Source of the DNA: Paracoccaceae bacterium
GTDB lineage: Bacteria > Pseudomonadota > Alphaproteobacteria > Rhodobacterales > Rhodobacteraceae
Assembly (NCBI GenBank): GCA_965116235.1
Contig: OZ220496.1
Coordinates: 2,782,693 to 2,846,692, forward strand
Reading direction: 5' to 3'
Length of the DNA: 64,000 nt
The notes under the pieces were generated by a model. It did no database searches and was not told the DNA's origin. It worked only from the letters and a program-made list of their open reading frames with translations. Every line of letters begins with the position of its first letter. Positions within the stretch are counted from its first letter, which is position 1. This document shows, in pieces, positions 60,518-64,000 of this stretch. A program made the translations under genes and the position numbers.

Positions 60518-62104
60518 CTACTTTTTCTTGACCTTGGGAACGATTGAGGATTGTGATGCCGCCGATGGCAATGGCAACACCTTTCGACTGTCGTTCTTTG
60601 GCGATTGCTCTTGGTCTGGAGGCTGTGGTTTATCACCCGCAATCACGTGGGTTATTTCTTCGCCGGTGAGGGTTTCATATTCAAGCAGTCCCTGCGCAAG
60701 CCGTTCGAGATCCTGCCTCTTGTCGGTCAGTATCCGCTTCGCCTGCACATAGCCCTCATCAACAATGCGCCTGACTTCCTCATCGATGAGTTCTTGGGTT
60801 TCAGGACTGACGCTGCGACCGGACGCGACCGGACCCAGATAGGTATCCTGTTCAGTCGAATAGTCAATGCGTCCCAGCTTGTCTGACATTCCATAGCGAG
60901 TGACCATGTCTTTCGCCAGTTGAGTCGCCTGCTTGATGTCGGATGCCGCCCCGGACGTGATATTGTCATCGCCGAACACGATCTCTTCGGCTACTCGTCC
61001 TCCCATCGCCATGGCAATCATGGACTGAAATTTTGTGACTGTCACCGTCAACTGGTCGCGTTCGGGCAAGCTGAGAACCAGTCCCAAAGCTCTCCCTCTG
61101 GGAATGATGGTGGCCTTGTGAATCGGATCGTGCTGTGGCACATTGAGACCGACAATCGCATGGCCGGCTTCGTGATAGGCGGTCAATTCCCGTTCTTCCT
61201 TGGTCATGATCATCGAACGCCGCTCTGTCCCCATGAGAATCTTGTCCTTGGCATTCTCAAAATCAACCATGGTTACAAAGTCTCGCCGCACTCTGGCCGC
61301 TATCAGGGCCGCTTCATTGACTAGATTCGCCAAGTCGGCACCCGAAAAACCAGGGGTTCCGCGTGCGATCGTCTGCAGGTTCACATCACTTCCGAGGGCA
61401 ACCTTGCGGGCATGAACTTGCAAAATTTTTTCTCTGCCAACCAGATCAGGCGTCGGCACGACGACCTGACGATCAAACCGGCCGGGCCGCAACAGTGCCT
61501 TGTCGAGTACATCCGGACGATTGGTCGCTGCTATGATGACGACTCCGTCATTGGCTTCAAACCCGTCCATCTCGACCAGCAACTGGTTCAGAGTCTGCTC
61601 ACGCTCATCATTGCCCCCGCCGATACCAATCCCGCGGGAACGACCAACGGCATCAATCTCGTCAATGAACACGATGCACGGCGCATTCTTCTTGGCTTGA
61701 GTGAACATGTCTCGCACCCGCGATGCGCCCACCCCCACAAACATCTCGACAAAGTCCGAGCCGGAAATGGAATAAAAGGGAACATTGGCTTCGCCGGCGA
61801 TGGCCTTGGCCAGCATGGTCTTCCCTGTTCCCGGCGATCCAATCAGCAAGGCACCTTTGGGAATTTTTCCTCCCAAGCGAGAAAAAACATTCGGATTCTT
61901 CAGAAAATCGACGATTTCCTCGAGTTCTTCCTTGGCTTCGTCGATACCGGCAACATCGTCAAAGGAGACCTGAGTTCGATCTTCGGTCAGAAGCCTGGCT
62001 CGGGACTTGCCATAGCCGAATATGCCGCCCATCCCTTGTGACTGCTTCCGCTGAAGATAATACATCAACAGCAAGAACAACAATCCCAGTATCAGACCGT
62101 TCAT
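60518..62104 (-). CDS. FtsH-family ATP-dependent zinc metalloprotease paralog lacking TM1 and the periplasmic domain
   Basis: 528 aa. It begins at a single TM ([17 protein letters not shown]) that aligns with TM2 of the upstream ftsH. Walker A GSPGTGKT, Walker [10 protein letters not shown], second region of homology (SRH) [20 protein letters not shown] and HEAGHAIV are all intact. Confidence 0.9.
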   Translation of the reverse strand: MNGLILGLLFLLLMYYLQRKQSQGMGGIFGYGKSRARLLTEDRTQVSFDDVAGIDEAKEELEEIVDFLKNPNVFSRLGGKIPKGALLIGSPGTGKTMLAKAIAGEANVPFYSISGSDFVEMFVGVGASRVRDMFTQAKKNAPCIVFIDEIDAVGRSRGIGIGGGNDEREQTLNQLLVEMDGFEANDGVVIIAATNRPDVLDKALLRPGRFDRQVVVPTPDLVGREKILQVHARKVALGSDVNLQTIARGTPGFSGADLANLVNEAALIAARVRRDFVTMVDFENAKDKILMGTERRSMIMTKEERELTAYHEAGHAIVGLNVPQHDPIHKATIIPRGRALGLVLSLPERDQLTVTVTKFQSMIAMAMGGRVAEEIVFGDDNITSGAASDIKQATQLAKDMVTRYGMSDKLGRIDYSTEQDTYLGPVASGRSVSPETQELIDEEVRRIVDEGYVQAKRILTDKRQDLERLAQGLLEYETLTGEEITHVIAGDKPQPPDQEQSPKNDSRKVLPLPSAASQSSIVPKVKKK

Positions 62105-62192
62105 GACTTATCCACCCTGATCGATGCTCCTCCCGATTCGCGCATTCCAACCCTGTCCTGTCGATCCTCTGAACAGGAACGGGGTTCGGCGG

Positions 62193-64000
62193 TCACTGGA
62201 GCGACTCATCACTGGCATTGTCCCGAGCCATCTTTTCTTCTTGCCGCGGACGGCGGCTCGTTGTCGGCACCGTAAAGATTCGTTTTTGATCGGCTGGAGG
62301 CGGATCATCATCCTTGGTCAAGGGCTCGCCCTTCAGCACCTTCTCAATATCCTTGCCGGTCAAGGTTTCATATTCAAGCAAGCCTTGCGCCAACCGTTCC
62401 AGATCATCCCGCTTCTCAATCAGGATGGCCTTGGCGGTGTTGTATCCCTCTTCCACAATCTTGCGAACTTCAGCATCTATGATCTCCAACGTGTCCTGAC
62501 TAGTGTTCGCCTGCGTCGAATACGGCCCAAGAAATGACTGTTGCTCGTTGGCATAATCAATATTTCCCAGCTTTTCCGACATCCCGAACTGCGTGACCAT
62601 CGCCCGGGCAATGCGCGTTACCTGCTTGATGTCGGAGGCCGCTCCGGAAGTTACATTTTCGGGGCCGAAAACCAGTTCCTCAGCCACCTTTCCACCCATG
62701 GCCATCGCAATCTTGGATCTGTATTTCGTAATGTTGACGGACAACTGGTCGCGCTCAGGCAGGGCCAGAACCAATCCGAGCGCCCGTCCTCTTGGTATGA
62801 TCGTGGCCTTGTGAATCGGATCATGCTGCGGGACGTTCATGCCGACAACGGCGTGACCGGCTTCGTGGTACGCTGTGAGTTTCTTTTCATCTTCTGTCAT
62901 GACCATTGATCGCCGTTCAGCCCCCATCATGACCTTGTCCTTTGAGTTTTCAAAATCGAGCATCGTGACAAAACGCCGGCCAACACGAGCGGCAAGAAGG
63001 GCCGCTTCATTGACCAGATTGGCCAGATCGGCACCAGAAAAACCCGGTGTGCCTCGTGCAATGGTACGAAAGTCGACATCCGGACCCAGCTTGATGTTTC
63101 GGGCATGAACTTCCAGTATCTTCTCCCGCCCCGCAATGTCCGGATTGGGAACGTGAACCTGTCGATCAAATCGGCCGGGGCGCAACAGTGCCGGATCAAG
63201 GACGTCGGGACGGTTCGTTGCTGCAATTATGATTACGCCTTCATTCGCCTCAAACCCGTCCATTTCGACCAGCAACTGGTTCAGGGTCTGCTCGCGCTCA
63301 TCGTTGCCACCCCCGTAGCCAACCCCGCGTGATCGCCCGACAGCATCAATCTCGTCAATGAATACGATGCACGGCGAGCTTTTCTTGGACTGTTCAAACA
63401 TGTCCCGAACTCGTGAGGCACCGACACCGACAAACATCTCGACAAAGTCCGATCCAGAAATCGAAAAGAAAGGAACTCCGGCTTCGCCGGCAATGGCTCG
63501 GGCCAAGAGAGTTTTACCTGTTCCGGGTGGCCCCACCAGCAAAGCCCCTTTCGGAATTTTTCCCCCGAGCCGGGAAAACTTGGCCGGGTCGCGCAGGAAC
63601 TCGACGATCTCCTCAAGCTCCTCCTTGGCCTCATCGATTCCTGCCACGTCCAGAAAGGTCACCTTGCCCTGACGCTCCGTCAACAACTTGGCCTTTGACT
63701 TGCCAAATCCCATCGCGCCGCCCCGGCCACCACCCTGCAAGCGATTCATCAGGAACAACCAGAAGGCTATCAGAAGAATGATGGGCAGAAACGGACCAAC
63801 GAACGACATGAAACCGCTGGGCTCTTGCGGCTCAACCTCGACAGCCACATCGTTTTCAAGAAGATATCCAGACAGATCATACCCGCCCGGGGCAATGGTC
63901 TTGATTCGTTCGCCTGATGTCGTGGCGGCGTGAACTTTTTCGCCATCAATGATGACGGCACTGATTTCCTCTTCATCGACGAGTTGTATGAAGCCTGAAA
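62193..64000 (-). CDS. ftsH: ATP-dependent zinc metalloprotease FtsH; 5' end beyond the window
   Basis: [31 protein letters not shown] and HEAGHAVV. The frame stays open upstream of the track start (63848) to the window edge, through periplasmic-domain-like sequence (...[49 protein letters not shown]). Confidence 0.93.
   Translation of the reverse strand, partial: SGFIQLVDEEEISAVIIDGEKVHAATTSGERIKTIAPGGYDLSGYLLENDVAVEVEPQEPSGFMSFVGPFLPIILLIAFWLFLMNRLQGGGRGGAMGFGKSKAKLLTERQGKVTFLDVAGIDEAKEELEEIVEFLRDPAKFSRLGGKIPKGALLVGPPGTGKTLLARAIAGEAGVPFFSISGSDFVEMFVGVGASRVRDMFEQSKKSSPCIVFIDEIDAVGRSRGVGYGGGNDEREQTLNQLLVEMDGFEANEGVIIIAATNRPDVLDPALLRPGRFDRQVHVPNPDIAGREKILEVHARNIKLGPDVDFRTIARGTPGFSGADLANLVNEAALLAARVGRRFVTMLDFENSKDKVMMGAERRSMVMTEDEKKLTAYHEAGHAVVGMNVPQHDPIHKATIIPRGRALGLVLALPERDQLSVNITKYRSKIAMAMGGKVAEELVFGPENVTSGAASDIKQVTRIARAMVTQFGMSEKLGNIDYANEQQSFLGPYSTQANTSQDTLEIIDAEVRKIVEEGYNTAKAILIEKRDDLERLAQGLLEYETLTGKDIEKVLKGEPLTKDDDPPPADQKRIFTVPTTSRRPRQEEKMARDNASDESLQ

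Noticed and set aside
1-64000. Scan for CRISPR arrays, rRNA genes, IS elements and prophage genes.
   Set aside because: No regularly spaced direct repeats, no rRNA-like sequence and no transposase, integrase or phage structural ORFs were recognisable in any frame.

Overview
The window looks like a chromosomal segment of an alphaproteobacterium. This is an inference from the conserved gene strings yceD-rpmF-plsX-fabH-ihfA-merR-tRNA-Pro and argS-SPOR-nagZ. Most of it is ordinary housekeeping and catabolic content: phaAB, glmUS, a TRAP transporter, moaA, msrB, argS, dgt, erpA, xthA, soxBDAG, an agmatinase/ADH/enolase/dgoK group, ccmI, ruvX, dusA, folD and ftsH, plus two tRNAs. I saw no rRNA, CRISPR array, transposase or integrase.

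The main anomaly is a pair of visibly GC-rich inverted repeats of about 4.5-4.8 kb (about 29152-33945 and 47733-52185). They bracket a 13.8 kb metabolic segment. Each arm carries the same module: a small Cys-rich ORF, a promoter-like region with a poly-G tract in the spacer, a large autotransporter gene with a second poly-G tract in its first ~25 codons, and a conserved 3' flank.
- In the left copy the coding tract is in frame and the promoter spacer is 17 nt.
- In the right copy the coding tract is one G short, giving an immediate TAG, and the spacer is 16 nt.
- This is the signature of slipped-strand phase variation layered on a recombination-prone or invertible gene pair. Homopolymer sequencing error must be excluded first.

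The second candidate is a two-gene operon with 41 nt of overlap, encoding a DprA/SLOG-like protein and a phosphoribosyltransferase. It sits directly 3' of tRNA-Cys and could be a small nucleotide-centred conflict module.

Smaller oddities are tandem ftsH paralogs (the second lacks TM1 and the periplasmic domain), a doubly disrupted SnoaL-like gene, a bacterial GPP34/GOLPH3 homolog, an orphan AAA ATPase next to the left arm, and a third G10 tract. The ORF track uses GTG and TTG starts as well as ATG, so several starts were trimmed by inspection and remain uncertain.
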